From the NCBI GenBank assembly GCA_013265495.1, contig MU058423.1, positions 8,107,627 through 8,171,626 on the forward strand: a DNA stretch of 64,000 nucleotides, given 5' to 3'. Origin of the DNA: Vicugna vicugna (lineage: Eukaryota). Both the position numbers and the translations under genes were made by a program. Positions 27,133 to 38,944 of the stretch are shown piece by piece; within the stretch, counting starts at the first letter, position 1, and each line of letters starts with the position of its first letter. The notes under the pieces were generated by a model. The model made no database searches, had not been told where the DNA came from, and saw nothing but the letters and a program-made list of their open reading frames with translations.

Positions 27133-27969
27133 TATTCTTTCTTCGTACCCGCTGTCTCACGTCTCAGAGTGCCTTAGCAATTGCTTATTCCCAGCTCACT
27201 GGTTTTCTCAACTCAATTTCCACAAATGATTTCTTACTGGTTTAGCTGCCTTTACTCTCCACTTTTCAATCTGTAGCTCACTGTCAGATTGACTTCCCTA
27301 AACCATCATTTTACTTCATCTGCTTAAAAGCCTTAAAAGAACTTGTATTGCCTAGAATAGTGATGCTCAACTTGTTAGGTATGAAAACCCCCTGACAGCA
27401 TTAACAGTTTTGTACAGATCACCACATGATAGGAGTCTTAACTATTAGAACACCTTAATTGAAAAAATAGATGATAAAATGCTGTAATAAATTTAAACAT
27501 ATGCAATTAATCTGTATTTTACTAAGTCACATCACCTATAGCCAAGTGCAAACAGGAGCCCATGTACACATGACAGACATATATGTCTGTTCCGCATCCA
27601 GGCTATGTTGTTACACATATAGATGAGAGAGCCCCTTACAGTAGTAACGCCAGGGTACCCAGAGGCCTCAGGCTCACGAGTTTGGCTCTACTGACCTAAA
27701 ATCAATTCCCATCCCTTCAACCCAGCATTGAACTTTCCATAATCTGACCCAGCCTATTTTTATAACTTTATCTGACACTGACTTTCCACAAGGCTACCTA
27801 CAGTCAGCTTGCTACAATCACTGCACCCTGAACACATTTTGGCAACTCCTAAGCTCTAGTTCCACCTGAGATACATGCTTTCATTCTTCCTTTTTATCTG
27901 ACTCTCATTTTTCTTCAAGACCCGCATCATCTCCCTCTTTGGGCTGCTTTTCTTGGCCATTGCAGCAGG

Positions 27970-28500
27970 TGTGTCTGTTGAGTCTCAGAAGCATCACTGC
28001 CCTCCAAGCCCTCTCCGGCACAGAAGAGGATAAATCCAGGAAACTACACTTCCAGGTTCTTTTCAGCTGGGTTCATTGGATCCCACCAATAAGGGGCTGA
28101 ACCGGAAGGCAGAATGAGCAAATCACCTGCAGGTGGGTGAGGGGCGCTCTCAGGTGGCAAATTGAGGTTTGGCCTGGGACAGCCCTTCTCTGTGCCCTTT
28201 TTGCACTCTACGCGACTCTACCATAATACCACTTACCACATTGTATTTGCTTGTTAGTTTCCCTGATCACGTTCCCCAGCTCACTGAGCACTCCACAAGA
28301 ATAAAAACGACCTCCTGAGAACTCTCCCTGCCACCCTCATGTTGCAGAGAGCCAAGCTCATCAGCTGTAGCTTCCCTGCGACCCTGCACTTCCAGGCCTC
28401 CTGAAAGCCAGCACTCCCCGCCCTTTCAACATTTGTATAAGCCTGTAGGTCCCTGCGTTAAACCCTTCCTGCTCAAAAGACCTACAGAAGCTTTCACCCT
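27970..28500 (+). mobile_element. ERVL LTR, LTR33-like, within L2 remnants
   Basis: gaaactacacttcc..ccaataagggg..; 3' ccctgcgttaaacccttcctgctcaaaagaccta. Confidence 0.55.
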
Positions 28501-29146
28501 CTAAATTGCTGCAAGGCCTTAACATAGCTGTTTACTGCTTACACTGTTACTTATCTTCTCACATGTCTTGCAAGAAAGGACTGGGTTTTGTATTTCTTTA
28601 TGCACAATGTAGCATCTTCCCTTGCAAGCAGTTTTTCAATAAATAATTACTGGTTTGACTCAATTTAATTAAACATAGGTACGAATAAGACTGAGCTGAT
28701 AGGCTATCAGACTTATCTTAGGGAAAATAAAGGGTTAGCCTCTCAAAATGCCAAGTCAACACTGAAGAGTTTCACTGGTTTAGGCTTTTCAGTGGTTCTT
28801 GCCCTCCCACCCCCCAGTAAACTAACTTACCTATTTTGAACCAAGTTTCTGCCCCCCAGTCTAAACATCTGTAACCGTTTCTGGATGAACAGCTTTGGGG
28901 ATGTTAGGCTGTCACAGCACTTCTTGCTTTACATTTTGGTCCTAAGTATTTCGTGTTTTTTACATGTTAAATCTCCTTGTCTACATCAGATCTTACCTAA
29001 CTGCCCTTAAAGCCTACGTTTTCCCCACTTTTTTTTCTCTTTAGGTATAAAATAATATAAAGAATTACCTTTTGCTTAAATGTGAAGGATAAAGCTTTTA
29101 TTCGTGATCTACAAACATTATCTTTTGCTATTTCTGTAACTCTAAC

Positions 29147-29532
29147 TGTAGTGAGTTGAATACTGTCCCCCAAAATTCATGTTTCTAGAATGGTGACTTA
29201 TTTTGAAATAAGATCTTTGCAGACGTAATAGTCAATGATCTCAAGATGAAACATTCCTGCATGTAAAGTGGGCTCTCCATCCATTGACTAGTGTCTTTAT
29301 AGCAAGAGGAGAGCGTGCAGAGAGACACGGGGAGAAAGGCCATTAAAAGACGGAGGCAGAGATTACAGTGATGCCACTATAAACCAAGAAACATCCAGGG
29401 CCACCAGAAGCCGGAAGAAACAAGCAAGGGTTCTCCCCTAGACCTCTCCGAGGAGGCATGGCTCTGCTGACACCTTGTTTTAAGCCATGAAGTTTGTGAT
29501 ACTTCGTATGGCAGCCTTAGAAAACCAACATA
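29147..29532 (+). mobile_element. MaLR LTR, MLT1B-like
   Basis: tgtagtgagttgaatactgtcccccaaaattcatg..gccaccagaagccggaaga..ttctcccctaga..atggcagccttagaaaac. Confidence 0.88.
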
Positions 29533-29929
29533 CTAGTATTGCTGGTATTTTTCATTAAAGTCAAAACAATTTTATAGGCATAAATGAATGTATTAAATGG
29601 TGAAGAAGTGACCGCACTGTACATGCTGCTAAGCACAAAGTATTCCTAATACATACCTTCTCCTCTTTCAGGACCACCTCCAGAGATGTAAACAAAGTGT
29701 TTCCTGGTGAAAGGACTTCCTGGCTAAATAGTTTATTAATAAAGTCAATATAACACTTGACATTTAAAAACAGGTTTCAAAGAGAGTTACACTGGTAAAA
29801 TTAAACTATATCCCACTTTTTAAAGATAATACTTCAGTAATCATAATTTTTTTTAATTCAGTGAAGACATAATTCTCTTTTCCCTCTGGAGATAGAACAG
29901 CTGAAAAGACACTGCACAGCCTGCAAGCA

Positions 29930-30215
29930 TGCCTGCTGCTCTTCCTGAACACATCACACTTTCTGAGGTTTGTATTCGAGGGATGCTGTGGAATACAAAT
30001 CCCCTGACAGACATGCCGTTCTCAGTGCCTGCTTTGCACTCCATGTGCAGCTCTATTTCATCACATTACATTATTATTATTGGTTTACCTGATAGTTCCT
30101 CCCAACCGACTGAGAACTCTGCAGGGGCAGGGATGCGTGTAACTCATCCTCGCCCTCCTGCGCCCTGGCACCACGTCTGGCAGCACTTGGTGCTTGATCA
30201 ATGCTGAACTAATTA
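29930..30215 (+). mobile_element. L2 3' end
   Basis: gactgagaactctgcaggggcaggga..cctggcaccacgtctggcagcacttggtgcttgatcaatg. Confidence 0.7.
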
Positions 30216-30728
30216 AACTGTTGACCTTGCTCTATGCAGAACAGAGTAGACAAATCTAAAACACATTGCCAAGCTGCAGTCCTGAAATTGAGCATTTATT
30301 CTCAAAGCAGACGAAGCAGACATGTTTTTATTTACAAAACATATTTTATGCACTGCCCCTTTCTCCAAAGAAAGCAGCAAGACTCGGCAATTAATTACCC
30401 AAACCTAATGAGAGAAATGTTCACAAGTGACTGTGGCCTGATATTTATCAGAAAGATGTAACAGCCTGGAGGTAGCAAGGTCAAGGCATTTTTCCTCTTT
30501 GGGTGCCATCCTTCCATAAAGCATGTTTCAAGAACAATGGGGATGTGTGGCTGATGGACAATGAGTTTTGCCTAGAGGTCAAACAAAGCCAGAGGTTAAA
30601 TCTTCCAAATTTGTTGGCCTGGGGTCTTAACCACATTCCACATCTTCTACATTTAAAATTGATAATAAATGTGTCATTGGTCTAAGGTGGTTCTAAAATT
30701 TTCTAATCCTCTAGATGGCTAGGTCAAG

Positions 30729-30820
30729 GGGGGAGGGTCATAGCTCAGAGGCTGAGCACGTGTTTAGCATGCACGAGGTCCTGGGTTCAATCCCCAGTAT
30801 CAACATTAATAAAAAAAAAA
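30729..30820 (+). mobile_element. Camelid tRNA-derived SINE (vic-1 type, short form)
   Basis: gggggagggtcatagctcagaggctgagcacgtgtttagcatgcacgaggtcctgggttcaatccccagta + A tail; TSD core taggtcaag at 30720-30728 and 30826-30834. Confidence 0.92.
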
Positions 30821-31081
30821 ATTGTTAGGTCAAGAGAACACAGGCTACAGCTAGTACACCAGTGTCTGACATCACACCCCCGGTCTAATTCTAGGCCACT
30901 GCTGATGGCTTTATGGAGCGAATATGCAAAAACAGTTCCAGAAAAAAATAACCCTGAAAAGTGAAGGAATCAGGAAACTCAGGACAGCGATCCCAATGAA
31001 GAAAGAACATCAAGAATCTTGGTAGCAGGAACTGACCAGGAGGGATCTTAAAGAAGCACTCCCATTTGCATGTTTCCCAGT

Positions 31082-31613
31082 TGGTGGCAGGCAGCCTCAG
31101 AGATGGCCCCAGTGATCCCCGCCTCCTGGTACTCATGGCCTGGGACGTCTCCCCGCCTCAAGGGTGGGCGGCACCCAGTGACTGGTTTCTAACAACTAGG
31201 ACGCCGCACCAGGGATGGGACAGCGCTTCTGGACCAGGTGACCGAGTGACCGTGCCTTCCTTCCTGGGCTGCCTCCCTCTCTTGCTCACTCTGAAGAAAG
31301 CCAGTGGCCGTTGTGAGCTGTCCTAGGGAGAGTCTCATAGGGAGGAAACCCAGGCCTTCAGTCCAACCACCGACTCAGAACCAATCGAGCCAACAAATGC
31401 TTGAGTGAGCTCGGAAGACCCACCTCTGGGTGAGTTTTGAGATAACCGCCACCCGGCCACCTTGCTTTCCGCCTTGCAAGAGACCCAGAGCCAGCGGCAC
31501 TCGGCTAAGCCCCACCGGATCCCTAACCCACAGACACTGTGAGATAATAAATGCTTGTTGTAAGCCAGTAAGATTAGGAGTGACTTGTTACATAGCAATA
31601 TGTAACTAATATA
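31082..31613 (+). mobile_element. MaLR LTR, MLT1F-like (unusually CpG-rich)
   Basis: ggcagcctcagagatggccccagtgatccccgcctcctgg..cacagacactgtgagataataaatg..ttgttacatagcaatatgtaactaata. Confidence 0.85.
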
Positions 31614-32329
31614 TAGCAGCTCCTATTTATAATATTAGGTACACCCTTACTTTTCAAAACATATATCCAGATTTTTGTTTATGTAAGGCCATCTGACCCG
31701 ATGGATGGAAGTAGAGACCATTCTTGCAGGAGATAAGTGTTTTTTCATATACGTAAACTCAGGGAGCAAATTATTACAGTCAAAGATTGGATTTATCACC
31801 CTTCCAGAAAGTTCAATCAAGCAGAATGTGGCAAAATTGACGTCAGGGTAGTCTCCCTAAAAGCCAGACGTATCAGCCCATTTACTCATCATCTCATGAA
31901 CAGCAGTGGAAATAAAATGATTTTATTATTTAAACCTATAACTGTATATTCATTAATTTTTTCAAAGCAGTGTTTTATAGGGAACTGGAAAACACCAAGA
32001 TCAGCCTCTCTCCTCCCAATCATTAGAGGTGCCCTCCACTTATTACTTATTCTGGGAAGGAACATAGATGCCTGGCTGCTATGAGATATTTTATTTCAAA
32101 GTCTATTCACTGCTTACTCACTTCCCCAAACAATTTCCTTTTACTCAAACTTTCCTAAACAATGGAGTTCTTTATTAGATAATGTTTACTAATAAACTGA
32201 AAACATGAGTAACAATTTAAAAAGATAAAGTATCCAGTTAGAATAGCTTAATTACCATGAGACTTTGTATAGAATTCTAGCCTATAATTTTATTTGATAG
32301 CAAGGTCAAGTGTTTGTTGAAAATAGGAA

Positions 32330-32960
32330 TCCCACATTTGGTTCCTTCCAGATTTATCTAGATGAACTGGACAGTACAGGGCTTGTACATGGATTCGTGG
32401 TACCTAGGCCTTCACAAATACCGCAGGTATTTTTGTGTTTGTGATGGGAAATATATTTTGGGACACCCATTTAGAACATGTGTGTTTTTAGGTCTCTCAC
32501 CCTGAGCTACCACCATGAAATTTCACGTTAATGGGTCTCAAGCAGGAGAAAGATCAGAACTTGTCACTGGAGGTCTGTTCTGCATCCTCCTTTCCAATTG
32601 TCCTCTTTCAGGACACCAGTATATCGAAAGCCGGAAACATACACGAATTCTTCTCCCTGAATCTTTTTCAAGTCCCCTTTTTTAATGGATAGATTGTTCT
32701 GAAGATTCACCTAACTTCTCACATTCTCTATATCAGTCCTAACTGAACCAGTGAACCATCATTATCAAATGATGATGTTGTTCTGCTGGAAGACTGACTG
32801 GACGCCTTCCAAATCTACAAATTCCCATTAACCCATCTCTCGGACAATACTGAACAAACTAGCTACCAAATATTGGCGGCTGCTGAAACAATGTTCAGGC
32901 TGTCATAGGACCTCACCTTCGCTTATTGATAGTAATTTAAGTCAGGTCTTTCTTGACATT
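32330..32960 (-). mobile_element. Probable ancient RTE-clade LINE reverse-transcriptase fossil
   Basis: A single stop-interrupted minus frame reads ..SLFSIVREMG..GVQSVFQQNNIII..LQNNLSIK..KIQGEEFVYVSGFRYTGVLKEDN, matching the order of non-LTR RT motifs. Confidence 0.45.
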
Positions 32961-33249
32961 ATGTTTTTCTTATTATATCTCACATCATTGATAAGGCGTT
33001 ACAGATTTTTGCCTTGAAATCTCATATCCTATTCAAAGAAGCAATAAATGTTTCATTCACATAAACTCTCCTAAATTATCTACTATCTTTATATAGGTCT
33101 GTAATACGCCAGGAAAACTGAGTTAGCAATAATCTGGAAATTTGTTGGAGAAAAATCTTAATTACACAGATATTTGGAATCAAACTGACTCTTTAGTTCT
33201 GAGTTATTGATTTTCTTCAATTTAACGCTCTACCTTTGTCTCTGGTCAA

Positions 33250-33910
33250 ATGGCCTCATCCCCAGACACCAGGATCTCACCATACTATCTGTTCTTCAAA
33301 TTACTACCAGCGAGGTCAGTCTAAAATAGAAATATTTTCTCACTTCTCTACTTAAAATTCTTCAGTTCATCCCAGTACCTTCAGGATAAGGCTGGTGTTC
33401 CCCACAGTGATAAACGAAGCCCTTAATTACCCGGATTACCTGGATTCCGCCCGCCTCTTCAGGCTTGCTCTCTGTCCACTTCTTAGTTTACAGCCAACTC
33501 TTCAGCCACACTAAACCACCCCGAGTCTGAACTTCACCACCTTGTCTCACGCCCTGTACCCTAAGACTTTCGCTCCCTCTGGTCACTTCCATCTTGTCAA
33601 CTTTACCTTAGTGACCCAGCCCTACACCTTCTTCAGATCTCAGGTCAGGCCACTTCCACCTAAAAATGTCCTTTTTTGCTTCTTACATCAGCTAAATATT
33701 TTTCCTATTTTCTTACCTAGCCTTTTATTCTAACCTCAATCATCGCATTTACCACACTGCATCATTGTTGACAATGTATGTCTCTCAGTCCACAACTAAT
33801 TGGGAAGTCCTGGGGACAGGTATCACATTTTACCTATTTGGGTTTTTTCCTGCAAAACTAGCATAGTGTCTGGACCATAGTAGGCACTCAGTAAATGTTT
33901 GTTGAATTAG
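33250..33910 (+). mobile_element. L2 LINE 3' portion
   Basis: ttcttcagatctcaggtca..gggaagtcctggggacagg..catagtaggcactcagtaaatgtttgttgaat. Confidence 0.8.
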
Positions 33911-35574
33911 CCAGTATGTTCATAGTCTGTCAGAAGTAGTTTTGGAAAAAGATCTTTTTAAAAAAAGAATGCTAAGAGAAAACAGCCATAGCAGGACAAA
34001 TTATTCAGAAATTACCATTTATAGCTCATTTATATCATCTTGTCAAATAAAAGTATTTGTAAGCTTTAGGAAACAAATATCCCATGAGACTCTGAAGGAA
34101 TCAGTTTTCTTGTCAATCAAATGCTGGAAAGGTCAGCATGATAAGTCTTTTGATCAGAAAAAGCCAGTTACCAAAACTGAGAACAAAAATTAATGCATAT
34201 CGTTGAAATATGAAATAAAGAAACATCAAGCATTATATGTATACATTGTAAACTAAACATGCAAAGTAATTTCTGCTCAAGAACTCCATCTTAGGACCTT
34301 CCCTCAGGTCTATTCAGTAAAATTCACCATGCGACAAATTTTATATTACTGGAGAGTAAAATTTCTTGAGAAACAAACAATTCAAACACTTTTCAACTTC
34401 TGGAATAAAAAGCAGCCCCAAGTCTACTACCCCAAGTGGTTATTTCAGAGAGAGTCTTAGGAATAACTTCATTTTACCTTTTACTATGTTTTGAAGTTGT
34501 CTGCTATAAAGAAAACCATTACAAACACATTTTTTCCCTCCATTGTGGTCTCAGTGAGCTCTGCTGAAAGTAAAGTTAAAATCTGAAGGAATCAGAAGTG
34601 GTGGAAACACCTAAGTACTTACATAGGTAAACACTGTCTTATTTCTCCAAACTCAAAGAATTGGCCAAGCTCAGCTGAGCCCTGTGGGTGCAAATCTGGG
34701 ACAAGGGAGGGCTCCAGATGGCATGCATAGGGCTGAGGAAAACCCATACAATCCAATAGACTTTACATCAAAGGACACATTTGATTTGGGCTATTTTGGA
34801 TGAGCTCAAGAAGCAAACATCTCTTTGACATTGACTCTAGGATCACAAACTACTCAACCTGATCTGGAAAGTAAGCAGATGCCTAGAACACCCCATGCTA
34901 ATGGTAGTCAATGACAACACCTTAGTCTCATGCACCGTTGTGTCCACAGAACCCTGAATAGCGCATAGCACATAGTGGATGCTCGGAAAGTATTTGCTGA
35001 ATGAATGGATCAATTACTGAATAAATGAACCCAGTGAGGTCGTGTAACTAAACCATACTATTGCCCAGGACGACACTTAACTATACTCTACTACCTGTGG
35101 ACCTTAAATTGATTTTTTTTTTCGCTCATGTATTTCTCACCAGCATGTTTCCACTCCCACCCGCACCCCCGGGAACAGCCAAGTAGAAACAGTCCTCCCA
35201 TTCTGGACACGCTAACAAACGAGTAAGCATCGAGACTGGGCTGAAATGCTGAGGTGAGCCTCCAGCTCCTTGAGCCACTTCCAGATCTCAGCTCAGGGGA
35301 AACCTCCTGAGAAGCCTTGCCACTCCCTCTCTCCCTCCCGAAGAACTGACTCCTCCCTTCTCTGTATTCCCTCTGCACCCCGCCTATGCTTACACATTTT
35401 TAAATTATGAAATGTGACATGCAGAAAAGTGTACAAAGTATTGCTGGACAGCTTACCAAATTACAACAAACTGTGCAGTCTAATAGATGCTAGCAAACGA
35501 CACAGTTTAACAAATGACAGTAGAGCAGATCCCTGTGTGACACTCACCAAGGCCAGAGTACTGAACGTCACGCG

Positions 35575-36063
35575 TGTTGGAGAACGCCACTGCCAGCGGC
35601 AACGCCCACTAACAACTCCCGGGAAACGAAAATAGAATCTGGGTAATAAAGTCTAACCTTTTTTTTTTTTTTCTTTTCCTTTGTGCTTAGTCTAGTTTCC
35701 CTTGCCCATAGAGGGCCACATGCAGAGGCCTTACATCCGGCGCTTCAGACCAGAGCGCTTAGTGCAGAAATGGCTGCGAGGACACCTCAGCTCGGCTGGG
35801 CGACCGCGGGCAGAAGCGCCACACGCAGGACACCTCCAGCCAAGATGGCGGCGCGGGCCGTGTGCAGGCGCTGCGCCCGGCACTGCAGCTCTGCAGCCTG
35901 AGCTGCGCAGCTGGGCCGGCAATCTCAGAGCACAGCTCACACTTCTCCATCGTTTGATTGAAGAATAAAGCTTTCCTTTGCTTCTGAACCAAACAGTCTG
36001 GTTGTACCACTCAGTGACACTGGGCAGAAGGACCCTTGTTGGGCTGACTCAGGAGGGTCAGTA
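35575..36063 (+). mobile_element. Solo ERV LTR with CpG-island-like core
   Basis: Starts TGTTGG, AATAAA at ~35964 followed by gctttcctttgcttctgaacc (R/U5-like), ends ..GGGTCA(GTA); interrupts colinear L1ME; TSD not resolved. Confidence 0.65.
35841..35852 (+). promoter_or_regulatory. YY1 motif in CpG-rich LTR
   Basis: CAAGATGGCGGC, exact YY1 consensus. Confidence 0.6.
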
Positions 36064-36764
36064 TACCCCCACCATGTTCCTGCCTGATCTCAAACTCCTG
36101 CCTCCCCTATGGTAACCACTGTCCTGACTATTCTGATAGATTGTCCCTGCCTTGTTTCATAGTTTTGCCACGTAGGCAGGAATTCCTAATCAATGTGGGT
36201 TACTTTTGTCTGTTTTTGTCTTCTTTCATTGACATTATGTTGCTCATAGCTGGAGTTTTAAAGTTTTCACTATCAAATGTTAATCCATTACATGAATAAG
36301 CAATTTGTCTATTTATTTTACTGCAGATGGATGTTTGGGCAGGATCTCATTTGAGGCCTCTATAAGCAACATTGCACAGTCTTGTCAAGTGTACCGTAGT
36401 GCAAGTAAACATACATTTCAGTAACAGTGCATATCTCTGAGAGAGGAATTTCTGGAAGTGCACATCTGCACATTACTAGATAATGCCAAAGCATTTTCCA
36501 AAAGGCTTGGACCAATGTTCATTTCCACTAGTTTTTGAAAGTTTTTATTCCCATGTTCTTGCCTTAGAGTTGTCTTTCTTTTAAATTTTCTCCAGTCTAG
36601 TGGGTAAACAATGGTTTCTCATGGAGGTTTTGGTGGGCTTTTTTGATTCCTGATGAGCTTGAACACCATTTAAAATATATGTTGGTCATTTAGATTTCCT
36701 CATCTGTACATTATAAATTCATAACTCTTTGTTTTATTATTTTTCATCGCATTTCAATTTATAA

Positions 36765-37475
36765 TAAACCCTGTCAGCAGGAATGAGTTCAGAAGAATGG
36801 AACTGTATATTTAATGAAAAACTCAGTGCTACATATGTTCTCTGAAAAGGTTAATGATGACCATGTAACTTGCAAAAATTGTCAATATTTACCATCGACT
36901 ATGAAGGTTGTGGTGGTATCACTGAACACACACGAAGACACAAATCTGCTGAAGAATCCTCAGCTTCTGTTTCAAAAATAGCTAAGACTGAGTTGAGAAA
37001 TGATTCAACGCTGTTACTGCAGAAAGCACATTTACACAAGATTCTGTGAAGCTTATCTATCCATTTAGAGCAAATGCCTGTTCTTCTAAATTAATTTTAG
37101 TCCTTCGGATTCCAGGCTTTCTTGTGCACATTCAAATAGTGAAGCAATGACTATGAACGAGTTGGCTCCGTTAGCAGCACCAGAACTTTGCAGCTGTTAA
37201 ATGATGCCAGTTTTATTTCTGGATACTATAGAGAAAAAAGTTAATTCCAATAATGATTTGCTTTTCTCATCCAATTCAAGAAATTAGAGGAAGGCTTTTT
37301 TGGAAGATCATTACGCTGCAGGAGAGTGATCTGACTTACTGTGAATGCTCTTGTAACTTCCGTCTGAAACTGATGATTAGAATATTTGTTTTATGGTGTT
37401 AATACAAACACAAATTTTGGTGTAACACAGCATCATGGCAAAAAAATGACCTTATAAAATTAAGAAACATACAGA
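36765..37475 (+). mobile_element. hAT DNA transposon transposase fossil (BLACKJACK-like)
   Basis: Frameshifted translation gives ..CIFNEKL..RRHKSAEESSAS..CSSKLI..SEAMTMNELAPLA..LNDASFIS..KLIPIMI..NTNTNFG, matching the recalled BLACKJACK ORF. Confidence 0.8.
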
Positions 37476-37479
37476 GTTT

Positions 37480-37850
37480 TTTTGTGTGTATATACATGTA
37501 TTAGTAAACTTGGCCTATTTCATATATATATATTTGCAAACTTAGCAAATAAAATTAACAAATATGATTACATATATTTATATTTGAGTAAAAAATTTGA
37601 GTAACAAATTTAGGAAATGATCTATTATATACATTTAATATATTAAAAATTATACATAATTATACATAATTATATAGCATAGACTATGTCAATTAAATAA
37701 TATATACTACATGATATGTAATAGTATATTACAGTACTTTAAATAAAATATGTATGTTGCATTTTATGTTATACATTCTATTATATACATGTATTATATT
37801 ATATACTGTATGCTGTTAAATTTATTTTATATAATAGGTCAAATTTGATA
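37480..37850. repeat. AT-rich low-complexity region
   Basis: Degenerate (TA)n/(TATAA)n tract. Confidence 0.85.
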
Positions 37851-38930
37851 ACTTGTTATTCAAATCTTTTACAATCTTGCAAGGTTTTTCATGGTCTATC
37901 AATTACTGAGAGAGAGATATTAAAATGTGTTCTGAATGTAAAATTTTACACTTCTTTTCATGGTTATGTTTGTTTTGTGTGTTTCTGGGCCTTGTTATTA
38001 GCAGATACAATGTAGAATTGCTTTATCTTTGTAGTGAATTGAATTTTTATTATTTTGTAAGAACTTCTTTGTTTCTGATAATGGTTTTCAACCATTTTTA
38101 GCGTTAATATTTAGATGGATTTCAAATAATGTTATAAAATTCTGTTTTTTATCTGGTTTGTCAACTTTCAGTTTTTTAAACTGAGGGATTTGTTTCATAT
38201 AAATTAAATTAAAACATTTAAGTTTAAATCCACCATCTTATCATGTACTATCTGCACTACCTGTTCAGTGTTCCTATTTGTCTCCTCTCTCGCCTTCCTT
38301 TGGACTGATTGAGAATGTTTTTATTATTCCATTTTCGCCTCTACTGCTTTGAAGATTTATACCCTTTTCCTATCATTTTGTGGAAATTACAACATATATT
38401 ATTGACTCACCAAAATTGAAAATTAAAAACTTTTCCCCTCTCCCCACATATATAATGCAAGGACCTTAGATTATTTGAATATATTTACCTCTGCTAGTTT
38501 GTATTATATTATCATTATATATTTTAATTATATATGTGTACTGTTAAATATAGTATATTATTATACACACATATTAATTATAGTATATATGCATAAATTA
38601 TGTTGCTATAGGTTATATACATGTTATATGTCATTATATATTATTTATTATGCACATTATATATGTAATTTTAAACCTCACAAAATATTTTACTGAGCCA
38701 ATATTCAGACTTATCAACTATTTGCCCTTTTGTTGTTCTCATTTTCCCTTCATCTCTGGCTTTCTATCTTTTCTTCTGGTTAATTAACACTCTAGTATTT
38801 CTTTTACTTTAAATTTGCTTGTAGCAAAGTATCTCAGTTTTTATTAGTTGTGAATGTCTTTATTTCAAATTATTATTAAAGGATATTTTCAGTAGAATAG
38901 AATTTTAAGTTGGCTGATATTTCAGCACAT
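37850..38930 (-). mobile_element. Old L1M (L1ME/L1M5-like) fragment
   Basis: tctatcaattactgagagagagatattaaaat..ttaaatccaccatctt..aatgtctttatttc..aaggatattttcagtagaatagaattttaagttgg. Confidence 0.7.
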
Positions 38931-38944
38931 TAAATAAATAATTT

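Larger units (their letters stand above)
35395..36740 (-). mobile_element. L1ME-like LINE-1, interrupted by a solo LTR
   Basis: cagaaaagtgtacaaa..ggtaaccactgtcctgact..gatggatgtttggg..ttttccaaaagg. Confidence 0.75.

Noticed and set aside
30729..30800. tRNA-like sequence with A and B boxes (also 2870-2944)
   Set aside because: Has an A tail and TSD and lacks a proper acceptor stem; it is a SINE, not a tRNA gene.
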